Positions 28,801 to 41,660 of a stretch of 64,000 bases of DNA are shown here, in pieces. The notes beneath the pieces are model-generated. The model was not told the origin of the DNA and made no database searches. It was given only the letters and a program-made list of their open reading frames with translations. The stretch's first letter is position 1; the number at the start of each line of letters is the position of its first letter. Source of the DNA: Moniliella sp. 'wahieum' (Eukaryota); contig RSEE01000017.1 in NCBI GenBank assembly GCA_003971905.1, positions 248,001 through 312,000 on the forward strand, read 5' to 3'. The position numbers and the translations under genes were made by a program.

Positions 28801-30840
28801 CCGGCGTGGGGAGTGATTCCGAGCCTCTGACCCATGACGAAGAGGAGTCGCGTCATATGTCGTGCAAGATCACCGGCCTCGCCCTAACGGAGGCTGTTCC
28901 GGTGGCCCAATCGGCGCGCGGCCGCGAGAAGACCTGCATCACTTTGCCTCCGAGCAGACGCTCAAGTCGCCTCGCCCACTCCGGCTGGGAGAAACGCGAA
29001 TGGGATCATGTCCATGGCGGGCCCGCCGCCTGTGGCTGTCCCGGCCTGGCCTGGGGTGGTGCAGTTGGATGATGTGGACCTGTCGAGTGATGATGAGGGG
29101 GATGTCGTCCGCAAGGCCCTCCGTCGGTTGCCTGGGGCGAGAGACCTGCGCCATGCTCGACAGGTAGGCAACCTGGCCGACCCACCTCGCCGGCGATCCT
29201 CGTCGTCCAGCTCATCAGATCTGGACCAGCCCACTGGGAACCAGGAAAAGGAACGACGCATGGCGGGGCCACCGGTGGTGCAGACGGTGCCCAAGTCGGT
29301 CATGCCTACAGGTCCACGGGCTCTTCCTTATGGTTTCTTAACCAGCGATTTGTTTGACGATGAGCAGCGTTGGCCGGGTGCGAGATGGTGAAGGGGTTCA
29401 GCCTCGATGGGTTCGTATCGGACGAGGAGGAGGAAGGGGGTGTGTCGGATGCCCTTGCTCGACTGGAGGGATTGATCACGGATGAAAAAAGGTCGGCACG
29501 GGCTCGCAAGGTAGAAATGCTTTTGGCCGCTTCGGCTCGGAAGATGGGGACCATTCCTGAGAAAAGCACTTCCCGTGCCACCGCCCTCCTGGCCCACAGA
29601 ACTCGATGCATGCCCCCTCCGCCTCTGCCAGCCGTGCGCGGGCGACGGCGGGAGTCGGGGTGCAGAGGCTTCCACCAGCCTGGAGGTTGGGCAAGCCAGG
29701 GGCATGGCCCCGCCCCCCTCTCCACCGCTCCTTATTCTCGACTACCGTTCGGAGGACGTGGCGGCGCAGCTGTGCCTTATCGAAGCCGAGCTGTTTACCA
29801 AGGTGTCATGGCACGAATTTGCGTCGGGGCCTGGCGGACGGTGCGGCAAGTGCCGGCAGTGTACGACTGGGAGGCCTTTTACCGTGCGCGCATGCGTCGC
29901 CGTATCGCGCCGGAAACAACCGCTGCCTCATCCGACTCGGCTTTGGCTGTGATTGCGGCTCGGTTCAACTTGGTGGCCAACTGGGTTTCGTCCGAGGTGG
30001 TGCTTACCGCCACGCCCCGTGCTCGGGCAGGACTGGTGGCCAAGCTGATCCGTATTGCGGTGCGCTGCTACGAAATGGGTAACTTTGCCTCGGTTGTCCA
30101 GATTGTCTGTGGCCTCGAGTCGCCCTGGGTGGCTCGCTTGTCGCGCACGTGGGCAGGCGTTCCGGTATTGGAGAAACGGGCGTTGCGGGACCTGCGCACG
30201 CTCGCTTCTCCTGCCCATGGGTTCCGTCACCTGCGGAGAGTATGCGACGATCTTGTTGCTCAGTCGGGCCTGGAGGAGCATATGAACTCGGCAGGCCCGC
30301 CTCCTCCCGCCGGGGGAGGATCACACCCACTGACTGAGGCCGTTGCGCAGCCTCGTCTTCCCCCGAGCGGGCGTGCGTGCCGTTCGTGGGGCTTCTTGGT
30401 CGATTTGACCGAGGTGGACTTAATGCCGACGACATTGAGTGCGGCTGACTATCTCGATCGGTGCCCCGACCCTGAAGGCGCCTTACCCTCCGCCCTTTCG
30501 CCCGACTGGGCTTCCACCTCGGCCGAGGGCGCCGTGCAGCGGCGGAGGTGCTGGAACAAGTTCTCACTCCCCTTCCCGATGCACTGGGGCAGCAAGCGCC
30601 GCTGCTCATCAACATGTACAAGTACCGCTTTGGCGATGAAGATCAAGACGGCGCTGGCTTTCCAAGCATGCGCGCGTGCCTACTCCGTCCGTCAATGCCC
30701 CATTGTACTCGCGCTGCCTCAAGCTACGCTGCCTCTCCGCACCCGTGCTTACGCAGTATGTCCTCCTCTTTCTCTATCTTGACGACCGCTTGACTGACTT
30801 GCTTCCTCTTCTCCAGGCTTCTCATATGCAAGAAAACTGA
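25874..30840 (+). CDS. RasGEF with REM and CDC25 domains, Lte1-like; frameshifted
   Basis: REM: SAERLVAQLTS..DTRLQTDFFYTFRLFMTPHTLLDLL. CDC25: ILDYRSEDVAAQLCLIEAELF and RFNLVANWVSSEVVLT...RAGLVAKLIRIAVRCYEMGNFASVVQIVCGLESPWVARLSRTW. A long disordered spacer separates them, as in Lte1. Confidence 0.85.
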
Positions 30841-31044
30841 GGCTACATGCATTGTTGCTTTCCTACGTCCCTTCATACGCTCTTCTTGTACCCCACGCCT
30901 TGACCCACGCGACCTGACTCTCTGCTGTGGGCTCTATCCGCCCCTGTCTTTTACTTGGGACACCGAGGTGTAGGATAGACCTGCCCCGATCCGACGACTC
31001 CCCTCCTATCCACTTCGCCTCTTCTTCCTCTCATTCACGACTCT

Positions 31045-31076
31045 GAACCCGAACCCGAACCCGAACCCGAACCCGA
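31045..31076. repeat. (GAACCC)x5 microsatellite downstream of the RasGEF
   Basis: Read directly from the sequence. Confidence 0.9.
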
Positions 31077-31727
31077 CTCTCACCCCGACTCAACCTTTAC
31101 GCGCCTTTTTCTGCTGCCTCTGCCTCATGACCTTAATGTGGAGCGCCAACCAACCCTTTTGTGACATCCTTTCCCTTTTTAGCTTCAAGTGCCGCCCTGA
31201 CCGAACTGCGCCTCCTTCTTCATACCGTTTACGCGTTACGCCTCGTGCACGTTTTGCCAATCTTTTGTTCCAATCAATCTACATCTCTCTGCGTGCTACC
31301 CCTTCTTTCATGGCCTAGTGTGCCCTCCATTCCTTTGCTCCCGTGGTGACGCGGGCGAGCGCTCATGGTCACGATACACACACTGGCCTGAGATTCAACT
31401 AGCTTGCCACACGGCTCCAGCTTGCTGGGCTACGCTTCGACAATACCTCTATAGTGTAGGGACGCACTGCGCCGGGCCGAGAAAGGAGATGCTTGCGGAG
31501 TTCTCACCAGGAAACAATTTGCCCTAGCCAGTAGGGCGCCTTGGGACTCCCAAGCGAAGACTGGCGCTTGGCCGTCATGTCCAAAGAAGAAGAAAAAGAA
31601 AAGAGGGGTGGACGGACGGTCCCATGGATAATCGGTCACCTCGATACCCGATCCGCGAATCAGCGGCATATAGGAGTTGATGCAACGACCAGCGCACCGT
31701 TGGCCTACATGAGCTTTGTGGATTGGC

Positions 31728-32482
31728 TTAGACCAAAGTCCAGGTCATTTGGAACTCGCTGGGGGAAAAGAAGAAAGCGAGCCAAAGCCAGTTAGTACAC
31801 AGGCACAACAACAAGGTAGATGCTCTATCTAGGAGACAAGGCAATAGAAGGAGAGAAAAAACGTACCCCTCGTTGAAGTTGTTGTTGGTGAGGGCGCCAA
31901 AAAGGCTTTGGGACATATCCAAGTCCCCGCCGTTGGGGCAGGTGGGGCATGCATCGACAATGGTGGCAACTTGGGTCTGGTGGGTAGCTTGGTTGGTAAT
32001 CTTGAGCTGCTTCCCGCACCAACTGGACTTGGCACCCGTGTTGCCATAGCGTGATCCACTGATCGCCACCACCATGTCGCTCGGCTTGGAGTTCCAACCG
32101 CACGCACCTGGGTTTTGCCAGTCCATATGATGGTGGTCAGCACACCATGCAAAGCAGACAAACAACCCCCCTTGGCTGGGTTCATATATATAGACGTACC
32201 CAAACCAACTTGGAAGAAAGTAGCCCGGCCACCCCCACTGGTTCCGCCACTGGATCCGCTAGTGGAGCCGGACCCGGAGCTGCCGCCTGAGCCCGAGCCG
32301 GAGCTCTCCCGGATCCGGAGCCAGAACCAGAGCCGGAGCCGGAACCAGAACCAGACCAGAGCCAGAACGACGAACATGCACCATGTGTGCCCGGCTGACA
32401 GCGCGTTCACCCACAGGGCGGCCAGCGCTGGCAAAAGTCGTGACAAAGCCCCGATGAGGCAAAGCTTGGTAAAGGAAACCAT
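31728..32482 (-). CDS. Secreted DPBB (RlpA/barwin/expansin- or loosenin-like) protein with Ser/Gly linker
   Basis: Signal peptide MVSFTKLCLIGAL and an SG-rich linker. Spliced GRATFFQVGLGACG, then MVVAIS, CGKQLKIT, VATIVDACPTC and DLDMSQSLF; last exon FQMTWTLV*. Confidence 0.88.
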
Positions 32483-33813
32483 TTCTAAAAGGAAGCAAGA
32501 AGCGAAGAATGTGAAAGGAGAAAGAAGGGTTGTTGGGTCTAGTGAGGAGGGAAGTCGGGGGGATCTGAGCGAGGAGGAGGCAGAGAAGCGGATGGAACTT
32601 TGGGCCGGCCAAAGAAGAGGAAAAAGGGGCACGAGGGTGGTGACGGAGGGGAGTCGATGGTGAGCTGCGGTAAGGGGGAGGGCTAGGGGTGTAACTTATA
32701 TACCTCTGCGAAGAAAGCAGGCGGCGGCAACGCTTGTGCTGGGCGCTAAAAGAGCTGAACACATAGTAGTAGTGCATATTAGCTAGCCACGCAACAGCTT
32801 CTTGCAGTGCTCAGGGAAAGCGGTGCTGCATGCCAGTGCTGGCGAGTGTGGAGGATGATACAGTGATGCACGACCCGAGCATAATGCTTACTAGTTACTC
32901 GAGAGGTGCGAGCGTGACGCGCAACGGTGACAGGCGCAGGGGGTGGTGGCGGTGGGAGGAGTCAACTTAAGCAACCTAGCGGGGAATGATCGATAAGAGC
33001 AGGAGCGACGCTCGCTCGCTCGCTCGCTCGCTCGCTGCATCCGGGCGAATACTTCGATCAGCGCTTACATGTCACAGCGAGGCCGCGGAGGCACAGCAGG
33101 GCGCAGCCGGGATAATGCGTTACGCTCTGCTACGCCCTCTGTTACACATGCGACGCGTTACGCGTTACGCCCAACTTCGTAACCGGTAACACCTACTAAG
33201 AATGGGCGGCTACAGGTGTTGAAAAACGTCCAGTGCTGGAGGTCAACAGGGCCCGACCGGTGGCCCGGGACAGACCGAGTACCTCCCTACTCGTGTGTGT
33301 TTCCACCAGAGCGACGCGAGGTGGGGCAGGGCGGCCGGTGAGGGGTTCGGGGCGGTGAGAGTGTGAGGACACGACGCCGCAATGATATAAACCACTTCGG
33401 CATTCCACTTTTCTCCACGTCAGGACGGTGCACGATCTGCGTTTTCTGTCTGTGCCCCATCGGCTTCCACCCATCTCCAGCGCCAGCGCAGTCCATTACG
33501 GATTCAATATTCACTGAGGAAACACCCTCCACGCCGTGGACGCTTCACCCCGGGGTACGTGCTTGATTGGCATATGGGGAACGCTGCGCTAATCCTGCCC
33601 AAAATGGCATGCACGGCGTAGAAGGCATGCTGAACGTTAGGTCCATCCAAAGCGGGTTAGGAGGGATTGTTGTGTTCGGTGATAACGCGATAACGCGATA
33701 ATGTTGTTTTGTCGGTTATTGCAGCTGCCAAGCTCTTCATCCAACGAAGTACCCTCGGTACGTAGATGTGTATAGTACACAAAACTGGATCTCATTTCCA
33801 CATAACAGAGCGC

Positions 33814-35536
33814 CTATTCGAGTCTCGGACGTTTGGAGGGGCGGTGAGAATTTTGCTGTGAGCTGAAAAATTCACGAATGTGCTCCTCTGTCACTACCTC
33901 TCCCGTCTGTGCAAAGGGGCGAAGGTGATCGTACAACGCCGTTCGCAGTCGATGGTACCCCTCGAGAGTAGAAGCGAGTTGTACGCGAGGTAACGTATCC
34001 AACGCAGCGAGTGCCCGCTCATACGACCCCCGATGTTGTATTGTTGGTGCCTGGACCTCGGAGTGAGACCCAGCTCCAGCTCCAGCTGCAGCACCAACAA
34101 GGGTGGAGGCAAGGCGAAGCAGAGCGGCATGGTCCCCATGGCTTTCAAGTCCTTGGCCTGACATCCCCAAAGATGGAGCAGGGGTCCCATCGCGTGATAC
34201 TGGGGGAGTGTAGGACTCTTCTGTATCCAGAACAAAGGGAAGTTGATCCCACTTCGGTAGACACTGTGAAGCATCAATACCACAGGTCAGAGCAGCTCAA
34301 ATACAACGCTGGCAAAACTTACCTTTGCGCAACGACAGATGCGGCTGCGGTAGTTAGATCCCAGATACAAATCCACTCTGGGAGATCTCTGGTCCGACGG
34401 AGTAGTGGCAGACGTGGTATTTGCTTGCAAAGTCTTGACGAGAGCGAAATCTACTCCCGTACCACCCGGGTTGGTGCACGCCTCAGAACTGGACCGGGGG
34501 CTGGACTCAGTAGGTGCAGAACTAGCTACCTTCGGAGGGGATTCAGCATCCGTCTTGGTTGCACCCCCATCAGGCAGCTCGGATTGGGGCCCCTCATTCG
34601 CCTCAACAATATCGCGACCTTCAACATGACCCTCCTGAGACACCTGCGTTTCAGTCGACAAAGTAGCTTTGAGCTCGGGTCTCGCCGTTCCAACCGCAAG
34701 CAGATCAATGGGACTGTCCTGTTCCGAATCAGGAACAGCTTTTTGCACCATTGTGCTCTCCTGGATTGCAATGGGATCCCGTGCCACCTCTCTTGGGACG
34801 AGAGTGATAAAGCCAGTACCGTGGACACCGACATAGTCCTGCAAAATAGGGTGGGCCAACACACACTTTGAGCAGATGAAGTCGTCAAAATCATCTTGAC
34901 CAAAGGTGCCATCGGCTGAACCAAGGGAGATGCAATTCTCGTGGTACCATTCTTCGCATACGACACACTGGAACATGGTCTGTCGTCGGAGCCTCCGTCA
35001 GTAGCGGACCTGATCATGAAGCAAACAAGGGAGATGGGGGGGGTTGGAAAGATGCTAACCTCCTCCTCAGTTTCTGGGTCGTATGTCTTGCCCTTGGGGC
35101 AGTAACAAAACTCGCCTTCAAAGTTTTTGGTATACTGGTTTTCGGTGTTGGCCGTCCCGCGTCCTGGGGTACGCAGAGAACATGCTTCCACCTCCGTATC
35201 TGGCTTCAAGCGGGCGAGAGAAGGGGTGCCGCAATCGCAGCGGAAGTGCCGCCGGTGGAAGAGTTCGACGAGCTCATGTTCAGCATGGCATCCCAAGCTG
35301 CAATGGGCGCAGATCCCGCCAGACCCACAGGTACGGCAGGAATATACGGGCTGGCGAATATAGCCGAGATCATGTGTGCAGGCGCCGAGGCCAAAAGGAA
35401 TGGCCTCGGCTGCCTCTCGCTCGAGCGCCTGCTCGCGCTCAATCAGCTCCTGGGCAGTGTACACCGCCTCCTCGGCCGGAGTATGGGAGGCGTCGCAAGG
35501 CTTGAGTGGGGACGGGGAGCGAGAAGAATGGAGCAT
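33814..35536 (-). CDS. UBR7/mlo2-like UBR-box + PHD E3 ligase
   Basis: CTHDLGYIRQPVYSCRTC..GICAHCSLGCHAEHELVELFHRRHFRCDCG, NFEGEFCYC, MFQCVVCEEWYHENC and C-terminal GEVVTEEHIREFF. Two introns. Confidence 0.9.
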
Positions 35537-36099
35537 GGGGCGCCGGTGGTTGTGCAGCCCCTCCTCCCGATTGACGCGCTGGAGCAACGCAACCGCGTAG
35601 ACGAGACGACGCACGGCTGCTTACCAAAGCGTAAACAACCACTTTCATTTACACGTGAGATGTAATTGGCGCTCGGGCCTCTTTATCAAATGTTTTCTTT
35701 TGTTGTATTGCCACCTGTTGTGGGGGTCGTCTGCTTGCTGTTTCTGTAGGCACCACCGTGGTCAGCTTGTGAAACATACGAACTTGTAACGTGTTTATGA
35801 GGCTGTATGGGGTCTTCGGAGCTATAGACGTGAGGTTCGTATTCCGAGGCGGGGCACATACATGGTTACTAGGTCCGATCTTCAGACGGGGGGGTCCCCA
35901 TAACGAATCTTTGGGTTAGGCATAAAAGGCTCGCTACGCTTTTTGAGGGTCTCTTGGTGCCGTGCCTCATCGTCTCAGTAGAGAATGGAGATCTCATTCC
36001 ATTGCATACAGCCCTCACTGCCATTCTCGAACTGGGCGCCGTACTGGGCTTGAAACTTGGCCAGAGACCCTCCACACTGTTGCCAATAGAGTGCGAGCA

Positions 36100-38429
36100 T
36101 TTCCTTGGTTTCTTTAGCGCCACATACAGCGATAGGGGTCATCATTCAGCGCTTCACTCATACAGGACGGATGCTTGTACACCTCAGGAACAGGAGATGT
36201 CTTTTTGACAGACTCCTCGTAACCCTTTTTCTTCCCGTTCTCCTCCATCCTGGTCGTTACCTTGCATAAGACTTCTCTTCGGTTAAGCACAAAGTGCTCG
36301 TTGATGAAAGTGGAGGGATTATGGAGAGCGACACCCCTAGGAAAAGGGAAGAGGGACTCCAGGGTTGGTGTGGACTCGTATAGCAGAACAGGGCCGTTCC
36401 TCTGTCAAAACTGGCACTTCTTGGGGAGCATGTTCCACCGTAGTAGGAGGTGTATTAGTGGCAGGGGCAAGAGTGGCTGCTGGGGCTGGCATGACATCGG
36501 GGACCAGAGAGCCTTTAATCAACCGCACAATCTCCGACCGACAAGGCCCCAGCTGGTCAGACATGTTGGAGATGCTGCAAGTAGACGCTCCTTAAGGTAA
36601 GTGATCTCCTGCTTTAAACCTTCACGTTCGATCTCCAGGTCCTGCACCTGAGCCCTCAGACGCTCGATCTCAACATCCTGGTTTTGCTGCTCGGCCTCTT
36701 GAAGCGTGGCCCCGCGCAGGATGAACCCCTTGGGTGTATCGACTTGCATACAGTCACACATGTAATCCTCGACACCGCATTGGTCCAACACGTAGCGGAT
36801 GAGAGCCAGGTCGTTGTCCCGGCACCACCCGCCCTACCAACGAACCTCCATGAGTGACTTGGTCCGTTTCCCATACTCATGGGCAAAGTTGAAGGCGTCC
36901 TGGGCGCCACCTCGACGGAAACCATGACTCAGAAAGCACCCAGTGATGTTGTTGAAGCGGGAGATCGCCTGGGCGCATGCCGGTGGAGTGGTGCATGAGA
37001 AAGGCGCCGTTCTTGGATAACTGGGGAAAGAGAAATTGGTCTTCCCCCAAACGAATCCAAAGGCACGGCAGTGCGCCTTCCATAGGGACATGCCCTTAAG
37101 AGTACTCGCCTTGGGCCGCCCAGGCATGTCAAACAGACGATATACCTGACGAGTTTCCGAACTATTCTGGTTCGTCTTGCGGAAGGTGATGCTACGTGCA
37201 CGATACGTCAGCTATGAAAGCGCCAAAAGGGAGGGAAATGCAAGGCTCACGTCACCACGGCAGCATCACCATAGCTGCTCCCGACTTGCTCCTGAATGTC
37301 CCTCCAACGTAGCGTTAAAACTTCCCCCGAACGAAGCCACATACGATAGACGAGGACGCGGGCGGTCAGCAGCTTTGTTACTATAGGGTTAAAGTGGGTG
37401 GCGGCTCCGACCTCCACAGCATCGTTGACGATCGCCGTTAGCTTCTTCTCAAGCGATTCAACGACTTCTCTTGAAGGAGTAACCGATGGCGTTGGAGGAG
37501 TGTGGGACACGGGGACCAGACCGACGGCGTTTGTATGCAGCATCCATGATCGCGAGGACTTGGTCATTGTGTGCGGGGTTCCCGGCATGAGTTTGCCAAT
37601 TGTAGAGGTGACTTGAGCTGGAATCGGGAAACAAACCTTCAAACCACCACGTCAAGGCAGCGTGTCGACCAGATAAGGTGGCAAATGAAGAGTGATCGAA
37701 AGCAAAGGCATTGCAGAACCAAAGTATCACTGCGGTCGTCGTTTTGTCGCTCTTTTCCCGTAAACAGTCGCGGAACGGCCGCATGATAGATCGCCGGAGG
37801 AACTTGACAAACATGCTCACAGCCGACCGGTACTTGCGCTCCGTCGAAGGTGCGATCTGCTCGCGGGCAAGGTGCTCCCGAATTATCTCTCCGACATCCC
37901 TCCCGGTCCGATACGAGTGAAGCAAAAGCGCGCTCAAGTTGCGGTAGGGTTGCAAGGGGGCCATACGCACACCCGTCTCCTGGGCCGCTTGGACCAAACT
38001 GTGTTGAACCGGTTCTCCAGTGGGGCCCAGAATGACGGCATCATAATCGACAGCCGGCTTTTTTCCAACCTCATCGGCGAGGGCCCGAATATATTCGGCA
38101 TCAACCATCGGCAGCTCGACGCCACAGATATTGAGAACCATGGGCGGCTCCTCCACGTTGTTGACACGGTCAGGACTTGCATCATCGTCGAGGCCAGGAT
38201 CACCGACGTCTTCCTCCTTAACAAGGTTATCCTGCTGTGCGGTGGGGCGGGGCGTGTCGACATCTTCGGCGGTTTGAGCGACGCCCAGAGGGGCCGCCTG
38301 CGCTCCAGCCAAGGCAACCGTATCGTCGCTACTGCGGGCTGTGGGCCGAACGGGTGAATCTAGAGCGCTTGTCGACAATCCATCGTGTGTGTCGAGACGT
38401 GCGCGCTTGTGGGCTCGGGGCGGCGGCAT
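36100..38429 (-). mobile_element. Crypton-like tyrosine-recombinase gene, probably pseudogenised; element ends not defined
   Basis: APSTERKY, GNPA, WLRSGEVLTL (R), FRKTNQ (K), SHGFRRGGAQ (HxxR), RW*GGW and LIRYV (Y). Spliceosomal intron at 37250-37192 (GTGAG...GCTGAC...TAG). In-frame TAG at 36834-36836. Confidence 0.8.
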
Positions 38430-39087
38430 GTTGTGGTGGCTTTGAGCGACAAACCATTGATTGCCACGCCCGCACAACAGCTGGAGCGGAGCCCATTTCG
38501 CCCCTGCTCTACTCAGTTCCGCGGGGGGTTGGCCAGCGACCTTGCGTTTCCCAGCCTTATTTGAACCGTTCACAAAAATCGGAGACGTTGGCTTGAAAGT
38601 TGTAAAACTACCCTGGCACTACGACAGTGTAGCCTGGGACACTCCCTCGTACAGAAATCTAGAAATACTGCTCGCCTCGGCGGCCTGGGCCCTGCATGAC
38701 GTTTCGCAATTGCGATCAATCTAGAAAACGGCAAAGGCATTGCCGATCAACGGCAGCACCGACGTCTACAGGCAAGTCCAGGGTCATGGCCAAGTTTCAG
38801 CAGTGAAAAAACGGGCGTAAACAGAGAACATCAGAAAATCAGACTCGGGAGGGACGTTGATGGGCCCGACGAAATAGAGGGGACGGGGGAAGGGGTTATC
38901 GAGATAAGAGGGGGAGGCGAGGTGGTATAGCGATCACGGGTTTGGTATAGGGCACAAACGAGCGAATGGCGCAAGGGAGGAATTTGCACGCGTTTGCTGT
39001 TAGACGACCCCGAGAGAAAGTCATTCGCCAGCCAGCCCAGTCCTAATCGGACAAGGACAGACGTGGTATCTATCAGGCCGGTGCGAC

Positions 39088-40605
39088 TTAGTTGGCCTCC
39101 ACGGCCGGCGCATCGGCCTTGGGTGCCTCGGCTGCAGGCTCGACAGGCTTGGCCTCCTCAACAGGCTTGGCCTCCTCAACAGGCTTGGCCTCTTCGACAG
39201 GCTTGGCCTCTTCGACAGGCTTGGCCTCCTCAGCAGCCTTGGCCTCCTCAGCAGCCTTGGCCTCCTCAGCAGCCTTGGCTTCCTCGACAGGCTTGCTCTC
39301 CTCGACCTTCTTGGGCGCCTCTGCCTTAGCCTTTGGCTTCACAGCTTCAGCTTTGGGCTCCTCTGGCACGACGGAGGGTTGTGTGTCTTCTTGTCACCGT
39401 GAAACTTGTCAAAGAGCTTGCCCAGTTTCAGGCCCTTCAGGCTCAGACGACGGCCGTGCTTCGGCTTCTCCGCTGGCTTGGGCTCTTCCTTGGGCTTGGA
39501 CACTTCCTTAGGCTTTTGCGCAGTCTTGGGGACCTCCTTAGCCTTGGGGGCAGGCTCCTCAGTCTTGGCCTCCACTTTGGGGGCCTCGTCGACCTTGGCT
39601 TCTTCAGCCTTGGGTTCCTCAGCCTTGGGCTCTTCCGCCTTGGGCTCCTCAACCTTGGGCTCCTCAACCTTGGGCTCCTCAGCCTTGGGCTCCTCAGCCT
39701 TGGGCTCCTCAGCCTTGGGCTCCTCAGCCTTGGGCTCCTCAGCGGGCACGGCCTCTACCTTGGGAGGTTCTTCCACACAGCACCCCAGTAGGTTTGGCCG
39801 CTTCAGCCGCAGGTTCCTCAGCGGGCGTGGCCTTCGGAGCGGCAACCTCCTCAGGCTTGGCATCTTCCTTAGGTGCCTTCTCCGTGGCGGCAGCTTCCTT
39901 GGGCTCCACCTTCTTGGGCGCCTCCTTCTTGGGCGACTCCTTCTTGGGGGTCTCCTTCTTTCTTGCCAATGGTGAACACACGCTGGATGAAAGAAGTACG
40001 CTTCTCCTTCTTAGTCTGCATGATATGTGGTGTCAGTATCGGTAGTCCGGGATAAGTTGGGGGATATGTACCTGGGCAGGGGCAGGAGCGAGCTTCTCTC
40101 CTTCTTAGGAGCCTCCTCCTTCTTGGGAGCCTCCTCCTTCTTAGGCTCCTCAGTGGCTTCCTCCTTGGCCTCCTCCTTGGCTTCCTCCTTGGCCTCCTCC
40201 TTGGCCTCCTCCTTGGGGGCAGGTGTCTCCGTGGCGGAGGCTTCAGCAGGGACCTCCTCGGGCTTGGTAACCTGCAGCGGGAGACTCCTCAGCTTTAGCC
40301 TCCTCCTTCACGGCAGGCTCCTCAACTTTAGGCTCCTCAGCTTTGGGCTCCTCCTTGACGGGGGCCTCTTCTGTCTTGGGCTCCTCAGTGGGGGGCGCAA
40401 ACGTAGGCTCAACAGCATTGGGGTCGATAGGCTCGACGGCAGTAGTCACCTCAGGGGCAGGAGCAGCAGCCTCTACTTGCTGCGGGCAAGGGGGAATGGG
40501 TTAGCGATAAGGCGCAGAGCGGGGAGCTGCGGAGGCGCGGATGCTCACAGCAGCGACAGGCTCGGCCTTAGGGGCCTCGACGGCGGGAGCAGTGGTGTCA
40601 GCCAT
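39088..40605 (-). CDS. Disordered Glu/Pro/Lys/Ala repeat protein (EEPKA and EEAKPV repeats, RRLS motif)
   Basis: ATG at 40605 and introns at about 40548-40480 and 40072-39963. Codon-phased 15- and 18-nt tandem repeats; KHGRRLSLKGLKLGKLF. Confidence 0.8.
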
Positions 40606-41611
40606 GGTGGTGGGAAGCGGGTGGTGCTGGGGAGAGGAGGACGGAACAGCGCGGGAGACAGGAGGGTCAATACGCTGCTCCGGGCCGACGGGGGCTGAGT
40701 TTGTTATATATACCAGCCGCAGCCCCGAGCGCACGGCTGCACCCGAGCGAGGGGGTCAGACTGCCCCTGTGCCACCTACTCTCCGCGGAGTGTAGCCGAC
40801 AGCGGCATCCCGGGGGTGTTGGGTGCCTGCTGCCACAGGGCCAGAGCGCGCGCGCGCGGACGGGCAGACTGCCCCCAGGCTGGCACTCCACACGGGGAGC
40901 AGGGGCAGTGCTCTGGGAGGGGCATGGGGCCAGTGCTGGCCAGGCGCGCGCGGTGCACGCTAGGGTGTGGGCGCAGCGCGCACGGGATCACACTAAGCGC
41001 CGTTTAGCTGTTGACAATTAGCGCACCCCACACTGTGCTATTGCTGCAGCAGGACAGCAGGCTCTCTCTGCCATGGGCTGCTGCAGCGCGCCGCGGGTGG
41101 CCGCAGGCAAGCAAGGAGGACGGCAAGGGGTTGCCGCTTCAACTTTCAAATTGTTCCGCCAGGGTCTACCGCAGTTGAAACGGCGAAGGCAGGCGCCGTG
41201 CACGGAACGCTCAAGTTGCGTGCGCTAAGGAGCTGGGCCATGCACCATGTGCGCTGTAGGGGCCAGGCACTGTGGGGCACTGTGCTGGGCAGACGCATGG
41301 GCGCGTGGGCACCCAGAGATATTGACACTGGCATAGTGCTAGTACCTTCTCTGTGGGGAAGGCGATCATGCACATGATATGGTGGCTGCCCCCGCCATAT
41401 GCGTTCTACGAGCGATTGTCGATACATGGTTACAGCTCCTTGCGTGTGAGCGCGTGAGCGCGTGAGCCGCGTCAGCGCGTGAGTAGCGACTAAAAATGAT
41501 GCCTATGGTGTTGGCCTCTCCTTACTAGTTACTCGACAACGTAAACCCGTATATATCCTCAAAGGCACTCCTGGCCCAGTAGGAGTTATTGACCAAACCC
41601 CAATCAAAAAC

Positions 41612-41660
41612 CAGAGCATCAACTGTCTCCAGAGCATCAACTGTTTCCAGAGTATCAGCT
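41612..41660. repeat. 18-bp tandem repeat CCAGAGCATCAACTGTYT, about 2.7 copies
   Basis: Read directly from the sequence, in an AT-richer non-genic tract. Confidence 0.8.
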
